DNA of 48,729 bases from Alphaproteobacteria bacterium. GTDB lineage: Bacteria; Pseudomonadota; Alphaproteobacteria; Rs-D84. The notes beneath the pieces are model-generated. The model was not told the DNA's origin, did no database searches, and saw only the letters and a list, made by a program, of their open reading frames with translations. The stretch is taken from NCBI GenBank assembly GCA_017549445.1, contig JAFYUU010000010.1, forward strand, positions 1 to 48,729, given 5' to 3'. Below are positions 20,245 through 29,878 of the stretch, piece after piece; position 1 is the stretch's first letter, and the number at the start of each line of letters is the position of its first letter. The position numbers and the translations under genes are program-made.

Positions 20245-21006
20245 TTATGAATAATAACAAGTTGGCGTCACGACCCCACTTCCAGTCAAATCACTAAAAG
20301 ACGAACCATTCACAATATAACAACCGTTTGGACTTGCCGTTACAGAACCAGACGTAGTTCCATACAATGTTGTAGAACCAATTAAAGTAGCTGGACACCG
20401 CAAACACTGACTTGCCCCTGTGTAATTAACATAATACCCATAACCACATGCAGCACACGAAGTTGCCCTCGAATTGGCTGAATACCGACCCGCTGGACAT
20501 GCAGTAGAAGCAGTCCCATTATTACAATAATACCCAGGTATACAATTCGAACAATATGAAGCATTTAACCTATAAAAACCCGCATTACATCGACACAACG
20601 CACCCGTGCACCCCCCCCCCGTATAGCTATACACACCACTCCCACTAGCAATTGCCCCCCACGGTCCACTAACATAATAACCGCACGACCTGGTCTGACA
20701 CGCTACCATAGAATTATATTCAGTTGACGTTAAACACATACACAATGTAGATGACCACGCTGCCGGCAACATACCACTAGCTTCTCCCTGAGAGTAGCTA
20801 TGCAACCCCGCGGCTGACAAAACATCTGTTGCATACAAGGCCCTGTAATATGTACTATTTCCACAATAACTGGTGCAAGCCGATTGGTTCGCAGTATATG
20901 TATATTTTGTATATCCACTCGCATCTGTATGATATACAAAATGAATCACAACAACCAAGACACTCAATAAAACCTTTCTGAAAAAGCCCAAATTTAATGA
21001 TCGCAT
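20245..21006 (-). CDS. Secreted Cys-rich protein with CxxCxxGxY repeats; contains an in-frame G10 tract
   Basis: Start MRSLNLGFFRKV at 21006, matching the paralogue N-termini; paralogue of 19345..20229. Confidence 0.85.
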   Translation of the reverse strand: MRSLNLGFFRKVLLSVLVVVIHFVYHTDASGYTKYTYTANQSACTSYCGNSTYYRALYATDVLSAAGLHSYSQGEASGMLPAAWSSTLCMCLTSTEYNSMVACQTRSCGYYVSGPWGAIASGSGVYSYTGGGCTGALCRCNAGFYRLNASYCSNCIPGYYCNNGTASTACPAGRYSANSRATSCAACGYGYYVNYTGASQCLRCPATLIGSTTLYGTTSGSVTASPNGCYIVNGSSFSDLTGSGVVTPTCYYS

Positions 21007-21014
21007 AATTCCCC

Positions 21015-21195
21015 TTCCCCCGGTTTTCCGCCTTGCCGACCCCAAAGGGAGGTTTATATTCGGCAGTTTTTGTTCCTTGACAACTGGCCGATTTATGGGG
21101 TAAAATATGCACGAATAACTGCCTAATGCAAAGGTCCCTTTGGATTAGGCAGTTATTTTTTACTCCCCCCCAAAATTATCACACTGATTTTATTA
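21015..21195. promoter_or_regulatory. Conserved leader element, copy 2: hairpin L (21033-21066), antisense promoter (TTGACA 21077-21082, TAAAAT 21101-21106), hairpin R (21119-21152)
   Basis: Homologous to 1522-1702 with the same 18-nt promoter spacer and the same hairpin spacing. Confidence 0.75.
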
Positions 21196-21268
21196 CGTTT
21201 TTTTTTGCACCACACACGCCACCGCCCCCACAACAAATTCTCACCCCTTCCCCACCCATTCGTGCAAG

Positions 21269-21293
21269 AAAAAATCCCCCAAACGGGGGATTA
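21269..21293. terminator. Intrinsic terminator
   Basis: aaaaaatccccc-aaac-gggggatt. Confidence 0.75.
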
Positions 21294-22007
21294 TTATTTA
21301 TCCAAACGATGATACATCAAATCCAGCGATTGAACCTGTTTTAATCTTAACTCGTCCAATTTCATATCGACACTATGCTTGTATGCACGTATTGATGCAT
21401 CTACAAAGTCCTGACAATTTTCCAATGTTCCACCATGATCTGCCAACTGGGTCATACACGATTGCACAAAATCATTAAACGAAGCACTGATTGTATCACC
21501 ATTTCGTGTCCCAGCATTTTCGAACACAATCGCAATTTCTTCTGTTTTTCCAATCCACATCATAGATTCCTGGAATACACGCAGTCCCCAATCAAACACC
21601 ATATCAGGTTTTCTGGGTGCCTGACGAGCCGTCTTTTCATATTGTTCCATCAACTGTTTTGTTCCTTCATACTCGGCATTATTCGATGCGACCACCCCCC
21701 GCATAAATTCCGAACAGGTCCGTAAATGTTGAATGTCATTTTTTTCTAATGCTGCCAAATACGAATCGCATAATTCCCGTGGGGACAACCAAATATCATC
21801 CCCACTGGCAAACAAAGACCGTACTGTCCGCATATCTACCAACAATTCATCAACACCATCGGCATGCAGTTGTTCCAGCGAATTACGCACATCAACCCAC
21901 CGCCAGTGAAAACTTTCATTCAACGTAATAAAGTTTGCACGTGCAACACTGGCCACTAACCCCACAGCCATCGCCACACCAACCAAGAACTTCAATTTAA
22001 TTTTCAT
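21294..22007 (-). CDS. Secreted hypothetical helical protein, paralogue of 22004..22675
   Basis: Signal peptide; SPRELCDSYLAAL...CSEFMR...NN motif shared with the neighbour. Confidence 0.8.
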   Translation of the reverse strand: MKIKLKFLVGVAMAVGLVASVARANFITLNESFHWRWVDVRNSLEQLHADGVDELLVDMRTVRSLFASGDDIWLSPRELCDSYLAALEKNDIQHLRTCSEFMRGVVASNNAEYEGTKQLMEQYEKTARQAPRKPDMVFDWGLRVFQESMMWIGKTEEIAIVFENAGTRNGDTISASFNDFVQSCMTQLADHGGTLENCQDFVDASIRAYKHSVDMKLDELRLKQVQSLDLMYHRLDK

Positions 22008-22675
22008 AATTGCCCTGTTCCTTGTATTTCATTGTCAATTGCCCGAACGTATCCATTTACAACATCATGTTTTAATTGTTGACACTGTTGTTCTGTCCAG
22101 TTTGGTTTTTCTTTTTTACACGCATCTACAATATCTTGTTTCGAGAACGCAAATTCTCCCCCCTCAAAATCATTCGCAACATACAACAGCATATAAGTAA
22201 TCACATCCCAGGCCCCATCATTCAACCCAGAATTTTTTGGTATCAACAATCTATAACTCCATACAAACGATGCATAATCCGACAGCTCCAACAACATTTG
22301 CTTCTTTTGTTCCAGTGTTTTATTTCTATAAACACACATTTCATTATTTCTCAAAATTACCAAACGCAGAAACGACGAACACTCCTTTTCTTTCTTTACA
22401 CCACTTGCATCTAATGCCGCCAGATACAGGTCGCACAAATCCCGTCCCGACCTCTCAAAATAACTATCGTCTGCTTCTGAAATAAGAAACATCAATATTT
22501 CCATATAGTCATCTGGATACAACTGACGCAGGGCATATTCCAAACAATCTTTTGGGAACATCAACACGTTGTCAATATATCGATTATAGTCATCAAACTC
22601 ATCCGCCACGACACGTGTTGGCACAGCCCCACCCAAGGCAATCATCACCATAAAAACAGACAATATCTTTTTCAT
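22004..22675 (-). CDS. Secreted hypothetical helical protein
   Basis: Signal peptide; SGRDLCDLYLAAL...CSSFLR...NN; overlaps both neighbours. Confidence 0.8.
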   Translation of the reverse strand: MKKILSVFMVMIALGGAVPTRVVADEFDDYNRYIDNVLMFPKDCLEYALRQLYPDDYMEILMFLISEADDSYFERSGRDLCDLYLAALDASGVKKEKECSSFLRLVILRNNEMCVYRNKTLEQKKQMLLELSDYASFVWSYRLLIPKNSGLNDGAWDVITYMLLYVANDFEGGEFAFSKQDIVDACKKEKPNWTEQQCQQLKHDVVNGYVRAIDNEIQGTGQL

Positions 22676-23559
22676 TATCTTAATGCCTTTTCACAGTTTT
22701 CTGCCACATCGACCGCCCGTTTAATTGCATTGATTTGTGTTGCATTAAACACCGTTGCGGTTCCACTGGCAACCGTTGCCCCACCGGCCAAAACATTAGA
22801 AGCCACATTTAATTTTTTTTCATCTGCATCATCTCTGTTGGCCGATGCACTGGTAATAGTTCCCACCAGCCCCAGTCCTGCACCAACACCACTGGAAATC
22901 GTTGCATTTTTCGCCCGATTATCAATTGCGGACAAATTGACCGTTTCCCATGCCCCACACGCCACAACAATATCCTGGGCCTGGGTCAGTTGTTTATTAT
23001 CTGCATTTTTATTCATACGTTCCTGCATATAAGTCCGGGATAATTCATTCACACTTTCTATGCACAAATTTACCTTGCGTTGCAAATCAGAACCCACCCG
23101 ATTTGTTCCCGATGCCACGGCACCTGCAATACTGGTCGCAGTTGTGGTTGCCAACATTCCTGTGCGAATATTCCCCAGTTTTTTTGACCGTTCTTTATCT
23201 GCATCTTTCATTTTCTGAACCAAATCAGAAACATCTGCATTACGTGCATACTCGTCCAACTCGGCATAGAATTTTTCGTCCACATCTATCCAGTTCAACT
23301 TTTCCATATCTTCTGCATTACGTATTTTTTCATCCAACTCGGCCTTGGCAATCCCTGCCCCCAGTGCAACCCCACCTGTGACGGTTCCCACTGCGGACAC
23401 TGCCGTTCCGACCCCGGCCCGTGTTTTCATATCGGCCAGATAATCACTCAACCCATCACATGAACGTTGTGCCTTGATAATCTCACCGTTTAACACAACC
23501 GAAGACGCATGTGCGGTTCCAACCAACCCCAACACAAACAAAACAAAAACCCTACGCAT
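22675..23559 (-). CDS. Secreted protein with four Gly/Ala/Thr-rich (glycine-zipper-like) hydrophobic helices
   Basis: Signal peptide ending AHA; GVGTAVSAVGTVTGGVALGAG, GVGAGLGLVG, VLAGGATVASG segments separated by charged helices. Confidence 0.85.
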   Translation of the reverse strand: MRRVFVLFVLGLVGTAHASSVVLNGEIIKAQRSCDGLSDYLADMKTRAGVGTAVSAVGTVTGGVALGAGIAKAELDEKIRNAEDMEKLNWIDVDEKFYAELDEYARNADVSDLVQKMKDADKERSKKLGNIRTGMLATTTATSIAGAVASGTNRVGSDLQRKVNLCIESVNELSRTYMQERMNKNADNKQLTQAQDIVVACGAWETVNLSAIDNRAKNATISSGVGAGLGLVGTITSASANRDDADEKKLNVASNVLAGGATVASGTATVFNATQINAIKRAVDVAENCEKALR

Positions 23560-23648
23560 AATACCCCCCATCAAGAAAAATATTGTTAAACAGATTATAC
23601 CATAAAAAACAACAACTTCCCAATTAAAAAGTCCGCCATCTGACGGAC

Positions 23649-24077
23649 TTATTTAACTTTTTGCTTTATTTGCTGTTTTACAGAATCAATATAGACCTGG
23701 ACACTGGGCTGTTCAACAATATTAGAAGAAAACTCTTTTGATACTGCCTTCATAAAATCCTTGGCCTTTTCATTTTTATCCATCCCACGCACCGCAACCC
23801 GGAACGTTGGCTGTTCATCGCCATAGTATTTTGTTTTATGAAATTCCGGCACCAATCCATTACGACGCAACAAGAAGCGAACAACATCACAATCCCGCAT
23901 ATCTCGGATAAACAAATACCAATATCTGTGTCCATTTGTCGCCTGTGTCCGCATAATATCACTGACCAAATGCCCCAGGGCCTTGGCATCTTGTTCTGCG
24001 AATTTATTTTCCCCATAGGACACAATGGGTTTTCTATAAAACTTATCTTTAACGTATTCTACGACTGTTTCGAACAT
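23649..24077 (-). CDS. Hypothetical protein (no signal peptide; ends KQKVK)
   Basis: ATG 24077 after RBS AAAAGGA; flanked by hairpins at 23626-23650 and 24133-24157. Confidence 0.75.
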   Translation of the reverse strand: MFETVVEYVKDKFYRKPIVSYGENKFAEQDAKALGHLVSDIMRTQATNGHRYWYLFIRDMRDCDVVRFLLRRNGLVPEFHKTKYYGDEQPTFRVAVRGMDKNEKAKDFMKAVSKEFSSNIVEQPSVQVYIDSVKQQIKQKVK

Positions 24078-24132
24078 AAAAATCCTTTTTAATTGGACCA
24101 TGGATAATATCCATTTTTTTATTTTATGCAAG

Positions 24133-24157
24133 TAAAAACCGGCAAATGCCGGTTTTA
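24133..24157. terminator. Intrinsic terminator after the 24155..28030 gene
   Basis: taaaaaccggca-aa-tgccggtttta. Confidence 0.7.
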
Positions 24158-27100
24158 TATTCCCAAACTGTGTGTCAATTTGAACATAAATATGGACTCG
24201 TTTCCAAAGTCATCAGTATGACTGGGGTTGATACGATAAATCAAGCCAACCGCCCCATCTGTAAACTGTCCAAAATTATGTCGATACGTTGCACTCAACC
24301 TGACTTCTCGTTTTTCTGGTGCCAAATCCAGATCCCGCACCCCCATATCCTTTACGACCAAATCATATTTACCTGCATCATTTTTGACCACATCATATTC
24401 AGAATGAGCATACCGCATCGCCCCATCTGTTATTGCCAGTGGTTGTGACACAACAAACTCAAAACTACCAACGTTTGCACCAACCGCCCACGCATTTGAT
24501 TTCACATTATCCAACCCCAGCACGACCGCCCCCGTTGCATCAGACGATGTTTCAGCAAATGTTGCCCGTGCCGTCAAAGAAATATCATCGGTTAAATTAT
24601 ACCCACTGACCACATCCGCATACACGGTCTTACCACCACCCAATGCGAACAATCCGTCTGTCTTGGCCCCCAACAACGTATCCGATTCCACCGCACTGCC
24701 GACACTGGCCCCAAATGCAAATTCACCATTATCCCACCTTGCACTGGCACTGGCCCCTTGCATCTTGCCCAACCGTCCCGGCATAAACTGTGACGCAATG
24801 GTCGGGTCATTTTCCAACAGCCCTTCTTCTGTCACATTTCCTGCATAAATACGTCCACCAAATGACCAGTTTCCATTTTTATATTCTGCATCAGACATCA
24901 CCACATCCGTTGCCAATCCCAACACAGGATTTGCCAAACCATTAAACCGTGACACACCATCTGTAAAGTAATGTTGATACCCTGCGGTCATATTCCAGTT
25001 GCCAGATGTCCAATCAACACTTAACGTATCCAACCCACCCCAGTTATCAATATAAGCCCGTTGTGCGGTCGTCATTGACAATCCAACATTACCAATCTGG
25101 ACACGTTGGCCATTATCACGACGTGTATTCAACTCGCCCAGCACATCACCCATATACAGCCCCTGTGCATCATTTGTTCCCAAATCAAACCGATTTTCCC
25201 AAATACGTGGCATGGACAATTCGCCATCAATACTGGACAAGACATCATATGCCGAAGCCGAAATTGATGCCCCACGCAAATTCATCACGGACGAAGGTCT
25301 AAACATTGTATTTGTCGCCATACGCCAATACGCATTGCCGACACTTGAAACAATATTTTGCCCATCATAAAAGAACAATTTTGTATTTGGTGTTGTGGCC
25401 CTTTCCAGATTTATCAACCCATATCCAAAGACCCGTTTAAACACATCTAAATAATCAGACGTTCCATTTTCCACTTCATACTGATACTCGTTTGGCAACT
25501 GATACATATTTTGCAGATAAGCGGTCAGTGAATTTTTATCGAACACCAATCCGTCTGTATCTGTGCCCAAGAACGGTCCATCTGCGGTCAATGCCAACAG
25601 GGTGAACACCTCGTCATTTGTCATATAGTTAAAGGCCCCTTTTATCGCCCCTGCGGCCCCTGCGGCCGCCGACACCGCCAATTCATCCGTTGCCCCTGCG
25701 GCCGAAAAACACCATGGATCAATACCATTTGTTCCCTGCCCTGCAATACCACAGACCCGACCACGATAATACAAATCATCCGTTAAATCATCTGGGGTTC
25801 CATTTGAATTTTTCCACTGGGACACCGCAATTTTATTTTCTGTATTAAACCCAGACACATTTATCGCATCACTGGTCCCTGTTCCCGTCAGACCAACCGG
25901 CACCACCGACATAAACAGGTGTTCTAAATTTGCAAACACCAACGGGGCCGAATTTTCGAACGTTGCCCCAATTGTCGCCCCCGTATAAGATGCGTAATCC
26001 GATGCCCCTATTTGTGTTCCCCCAGTCGAGAAAACCACCAACGGAAAATAACTGGACCCTAAACCATTAAAGAATGCCACCGCATCCACCCCCGGTGAAA
26101 CCCCATCGCTATCATCTTGATTATAGTATTTATGCACCAATTCTGTAAATTTCGCCCGTCTTTGTGTGGTTGTTGTCTGTGCCATAACGACATCAATTCC
26201 TTCGGCATTGGCATACAGTGTTGGCACAATGGCCGCATTTGCCAGGACATCCATTCTGGACCGTCCCAAATCCGTATCCACCAACGAGTGTAATGCCCCA
26301 TATAACAGTGCCTCGTAATTCATATAGTCAATTGCCCCTTCTTGCTTGACCAATGTCAACTTTCCATCTGTTGACATTGAATATGCCTGATTTGGCAACG
26401 TCCCACCATTACTGTTGACATACAGATAACCATCTGCACCGATATACGCATTATAGACAATCGCAGGTTCTGGTGTTTCATCCACGGACGGTGTATTTTC
26501 ATCTGTCGATGTTCCATCGCCAGTGGTGGAATTACCTGTGGTTGTATCATCTGTCACATCACCCGTTATTTCATCGCCCCCCACCTGGGTTTCATCTTGT
26601 GCCACGGGTGCCGATGCCTGCTGATTCAAGACCAGCATATTATTCACCCCATTACCACCAACATTTTCAATCGTAAATATCTGCCCAAACAAACTGATGG
26701 TATCGCCAACCGCAAAACTGTCCCCGGCCATCGTGTATGTTCCGGTCAATACCTCGTCCCCGATCGCCAGTGCTTTCAGCCCCGTCCCATTACCAGTTCT
26801 GAATACCGACAACTGCCCATTTGGCATAAATCCAATAAAGTCCGCCGCCGAATATCCACTTGTCTTACCCCCCAGAACCTTGGCCAACAGGTTATCTTCT
26901 TCTGTTGCATTTGGATTATTTATAACCGTTCCATACCGCCCAAAATCAAAACCTGTATCCAGATTATCGTCCCACAGCAAACTTGCATCTTCGGCCATAG
27001 TGTCGTCCAACACCGTATCATTATTCTGCCCACGCACAATTTTGTTATTATAGTATTTGCCATAAATCATATTATTGTTGGCATTATTAACGGTATTACC

Positions 27101-28030
27101 GTTCATTTCCCCATACAGCATAAAATCGTATGAAGCAGTTGTCTCGTCATAATATCCCAACGAAGAATCAGGTGTTGCATTGATACCATTTCGTGTCACC
27201 AATGCGACATTGACCGGCTTGCCCCCCTGGACATACAGTCCATCAAATTTATACAACCAATCATTATTCAACTGCAACAGTGCCGGTGCATTATTTGAAG
27301 TAGAATTACGCAACGTCCGTTGTCCATAGTATCCACGTGCCAACGGCGAATACCCATGCATCATCAGCAAATAATTCTGCCCATAACTTTTACTCATCAT
27401 TGCAAAGGAATCTTTCAACACAGAATCCCCTGTTGTTGGGCTGTAAAAATTCAGATTATCCGCATAATTTGCACTTTCCGTTTCCTGCGAAGGCATCGCC
27501 GGCCCATAGGGAATTACGAATTTAGGTGTTGCCGTATTTCCCCCACTGGTATCTTCGCCCCCAGGTCTGTCACCATCGCCCACACTGCCAACATCATTTT
27601 CATTACCCGGATCAAAGACATCCGTCAACAAAAACAGTCCACCTACAACAACGGCGGCCCCCGCCGCCGTTAGTGCCATGCTTTGGGCAGACGAAAGTCC
27701 GCTGAACAATCCCCCACTTCGGACCGGCTCTGCCTTGGATTTATATTGCTTGATTTGTCTGTCACACTGCGATGCATCTGCCCCATACATTTGCAGAATC
27801 TGGGCCGCCCGCACATCATTATTCATCAACGCTGTGCAAACAATCGACACACCCGTTGCATCAACATAGTTCACATTTGCCCCCTGATTTACCAGGGATT
27901 GCACCTGTTGAATATCGGCATTTTTGGCCGCCGCCAACAATTGGGCCGCCACCATAAAATCGTTATTTGCCGCCACCGCCCCAAATGGTGCCAAAAATAA
28001 AGTAAAGAATAAAATTCTGATGTATTTCAT
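24155..28030 (-). CDS. Large outer-membrane protein: signal peptide, ankyrin repeats, hydrophobic helix, degenerate S8 subtilase domain, C-terminal beta-barrel-like region
   Basis: LLAAAKNADIQQVQSLVNQGANVNYVDATG (ankyrin); WCFSAAG...LLALTA...FGYGLINLERA (S8 C-terminal part); alternating beta-strand C-terminus. Start MKYIRIL at 28030. Confidence 0.8.
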   Translation of the reverse strand: MKYIRILFFTLFLAPFGAVAANNDFMVAAQLLAAAKNADIQQVQSLVNQGANVNYVDATGVSIVCTALMNNDVRAAQILQMYGADASQCDRQIKQYKSKAEPVRSGGLFSGLSSAQSMALTAAGAAVVVGGLFLLTDVFDPGNENDVGSVGDGDRPGGEDTSGGNTATPKFVIPYGPAMPSQETESANYADNLNFYSPTTGDSVLKDSFAMMSKSYGQNYLLMMHGYSPLARGYYGQRTLRNSTSNNAPALLQLNNDWLYKFDGLYVQGGKPVNVALVTRNGINATPDSSLGYYDETTASYDFMLYGEMNGNTVNNANNNMIYGKYYNNKIVRGQNNDTVLDDTMAEDASLLWDDNLDTGFDFGRYGTVINNPNATEEDNLLAKVLGGKTSGYSAADFIGFMPNGQLSVFRTGNGTGLKALAIGDEVLTGTYTMAGDSFAVGDTISLFGQIFTIENVGGNGVNNMLVLNQQASAPVAQDETQVGGDEITGDVTDDTTTGNSTTGDGTSTDENTPSVDETPEPAIVYNAYIGADGYLYVNSNGGTLPNQAYSMSTDGKLTLVKQEGAIDYMNYEALLYGALHSLVDTDLGRSRMDVLANAAIVPTLYANAEGIDVVMAQTTTTQRRAKFTELVHKYYNQDDSDGVSPGVDAVAFFNGLGSSYFPLVVFSTGGTQIGASDYASYTGATIGATFENSAPLVFANLEHLFMSVVPVGLTGTGTSDAINVSGFNTENKIAVSQWKNSNGTPDDLTDDLYYRGRVCGIAGQGTNGIDPWCFSAAGATDELAVSAAAGAAGAIKGAFNYMTNDEVFTLLALTADGPFLGTDTDGLVFDKNSLTAYLQNMYQLPNEYQYEVENGTSDYLDVFKRVFGYGLINLERATTPNTKLFFYDGQNIVSSVGNAYWRMATNTMFRPSSVMNLRGASISASAYDVLSSIDGELSMPRIWENRFDLGTNDAQGLYMGDVLGELNTRRDNGQRVQIGNVGLSMTTAQRAYIDNWGGLDTLSVDWTSGNWNMTAGYQHYFTDGVSRFNGLANPVLGLATDVVMSDAEYKNGNWSFGGRIYAGNVTEEGLLENDPTIASQFMPGRLGKMQGASASARWDNGEFAFGASVGSAVESDTLLGAKTDGLFALGGGKTVYADVVSGYNLTDDISLTARATFAETSSDATGAVVLGLDNVKSNAWAVGANVGSFEFVVSQPLAITDGAMRYAHSEYDVVKNDAGKYDLVVKDMGVRDLDLAPEKREVRLSATYRHNFGQFTDGAVGLIYRINPSHTDDFGNESIFMFKLTHSLGI

Positions 28031-28137
28031 ATAAATTCTCTCTATGCACTGCATTCTAGCACATAAACAAATTCTCTGTCCAGACAAAAAAACAGGTCCA
28101 CGATTAAACGCAGACCTGTCACACACATCAACAAAAA

Positions 28138-28866
28138 TTATTTCACATACACACGACGCACACGCACGTATCCAGCCGAAGATTTCTGCACCTGCTGAAC
28201 TTTTTTCAGTGTATCCGCAACAACAGTTGTATTTACGACTGTTGTTTTATTACAACTGTTCACAACCCCACCATTATTTATAACGATGGTTCCATTATTC
28301 TGTGAACCGTCAGAAATCACAACCCCCGACACATTACCACCGTTTGTTGTGCCATTGCCACAGCCATTACCATTATTGATAACAACAGATCCATTGTTCT
28401 GCGAATTATCCTCTATACGCACCACGGACTTATTCCCCCCTGTCGCAACAGGATTTGGCTTGGCCTCAGGTTTCGGAGTTGGTTTCGGAGTCGGTTTAGG
28501 TTTTGGCTTTGGTTTTGGTTTCGGTGTGGGTTTTGTTGCTGGCTTTTTAACAGGGCAACGTTTTCCCTTTTCACAAATTTCCAACCTACCATTTACCACG
28601 ACCAAAGAATCTTGCAAAATTGCAATTTGCCCGTTTAATACAATCACAGAATCTTCATACACATCCGCACGATGACGCAAAGCGGCATTATTTTCCAACA
28701 ACGCATCGTTTTTTTCTTGCAGTTCTGCAATTTGTTTTTTCAGTTGTGCATTTTCAATATTTTTCAGATTACTATCTGCGATTGCTTCCTTGCGACTGAC
28801 CCTGCCATCACCGGAACAGGCAACAATAATCGCAATCACACACAGTCCAGACATCCACTTTTTCAT
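28138..28866 (-). CDS. Lipoprotein with coiled coil, (PK)n linker and two QNNG..VINNG repeats
   Basis: Lipobox IIVAC; promoter TTGACA-N18-TATAAT on the minus strand at about 28899-28928. Confidence 0.8.
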   Translation of the reverse strand: MKKWMSGLCVIAIIVACSGDGRVSRKEAIADSNLKNIENAQLKKQIAELQEKNDALLENNAALRHRADVYEDSVIVLNGQIAILQDSLVVVNGRLEICEKGKRCPVKKPATKPTPKPKPKPKPKPTPKPTPKPEAKPNPVATGGNKSVVRIEDNSQNNGSVVINNGNGCGNGTTNGGNVSGVVISDGSQNNGTIVINNGGVVNSCNKTTVVNTTVVADTLKKVQQVQKSSAGYVRVRRVYVK

Positions 28867-29001
28867 ATTCAGTCCTTTTTAATATTACTATCACACCTAT
28901 TATAGACAAACAAACTTGCTTTTGTCAACCACAAAAGCAAGTTATTGTTTTTCCTTTGCACCGAATTTCAATTTTTGATATAATCAGATAAACAGAGAGA
29001 A

Positions 29002-29868
29002 ATGAAAACACAAATAACGCTTTTAATGCTTGCAATAACGCTGATTCCTGGGGGTTCTTGGGCTGCGTCTTCGTGTTCACGTGCAAACCTGACCAGATGT
29101 TTGGATTCTGCATGTGCGATAAACATATCATCGAATCCATCGGCCCGATGCCAGTATTGTGGCACACCCAGTGCGGGTTCTCCGTCATCTGATGGCATTC
29201 GCAGTGTTTCGGTTGGATCTTCAACCAAATACAACATCACGGACAAGGAATTAAAATCCGCACCGACCGAACCGTCCAAACGCTATGCCTGGGCGGCCAA
29301 GCGGTGTATTGAACGTGTATCTGGTTGCACCGTCGAAGATGTCAGTGATGTCTATGACGATTTAATTACCCAATCATGTCGTGCGGCCGGCATCGCAGCC
29401 GAGGTTGCAGATTTATCCGCCCAACTGCGTGAGACACGGTCCGAAACATCCTGCTCTAATGAAATTACGGCCTGCATGGTATCAGACGACAACTGTGGCC
29501 GTGATTTTGCACAATGTAAATCAGACACGGACTTTGATCGTGTATTTTCCAATTGCACGGTATTGGCAACGGGCTGTGATGAATTTTCATCTAACCTGCG
29601 TGACAAATTGTTTGCATCACGCAACGATGCCGTTGAACGTGCAGAAAACGCACTGGCATCTATCATTAAATCATATCAAACCGCCCGTGAAAACCGCATT
29701 GCCAACACTCGCAAGATGTGTGAAAACAACACAGGCATAAACAACTGCGTTGAAACGGTTTGCAACAACAACATGAACAATCGCTGTGCGGACGGCTTTG
29801 ACCAAGAACGTGCGATGGCGACACTGCTGTGCAAATTCTATGACATTGCATGTGCAACATTAAAATAG
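29002..29868 (+). CDS. Secreted Cys-rich helical protein, short paralogue of the 38037..40985 N-terminal half
   Basis: Signal peptide ending SWA; CLDSAC..ARCQYC and CSNEITACMVSDDNCGRDFAQC modules. Confidence 0.85.
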   Translation: MKTQITLLMLAITLIPGGSWAASSCSRANLTRCLDSACAINISSNPSARCQYCGTPSAGSPSSDGIRSVSVGSSTKYNITDKELKSAPTEPSKRYAWAAKRCIERVSGCTVEDVSDVYDDLITQSCRAAGIAAEVADLSAQLRETRSETSCSNEITACMVSDDNCGRDFAQCKSDTDFDRVFSNCTVLATGCDEFSSNLRDKLFASRNDAVERAENALASIIKSYQTARENRIANTRKMCENNTGINNCVETVCNNNMNNRCADGFDQERAMATLLCKFYDIACATLK

Positions 29869-29878
29869 AAACAATACA

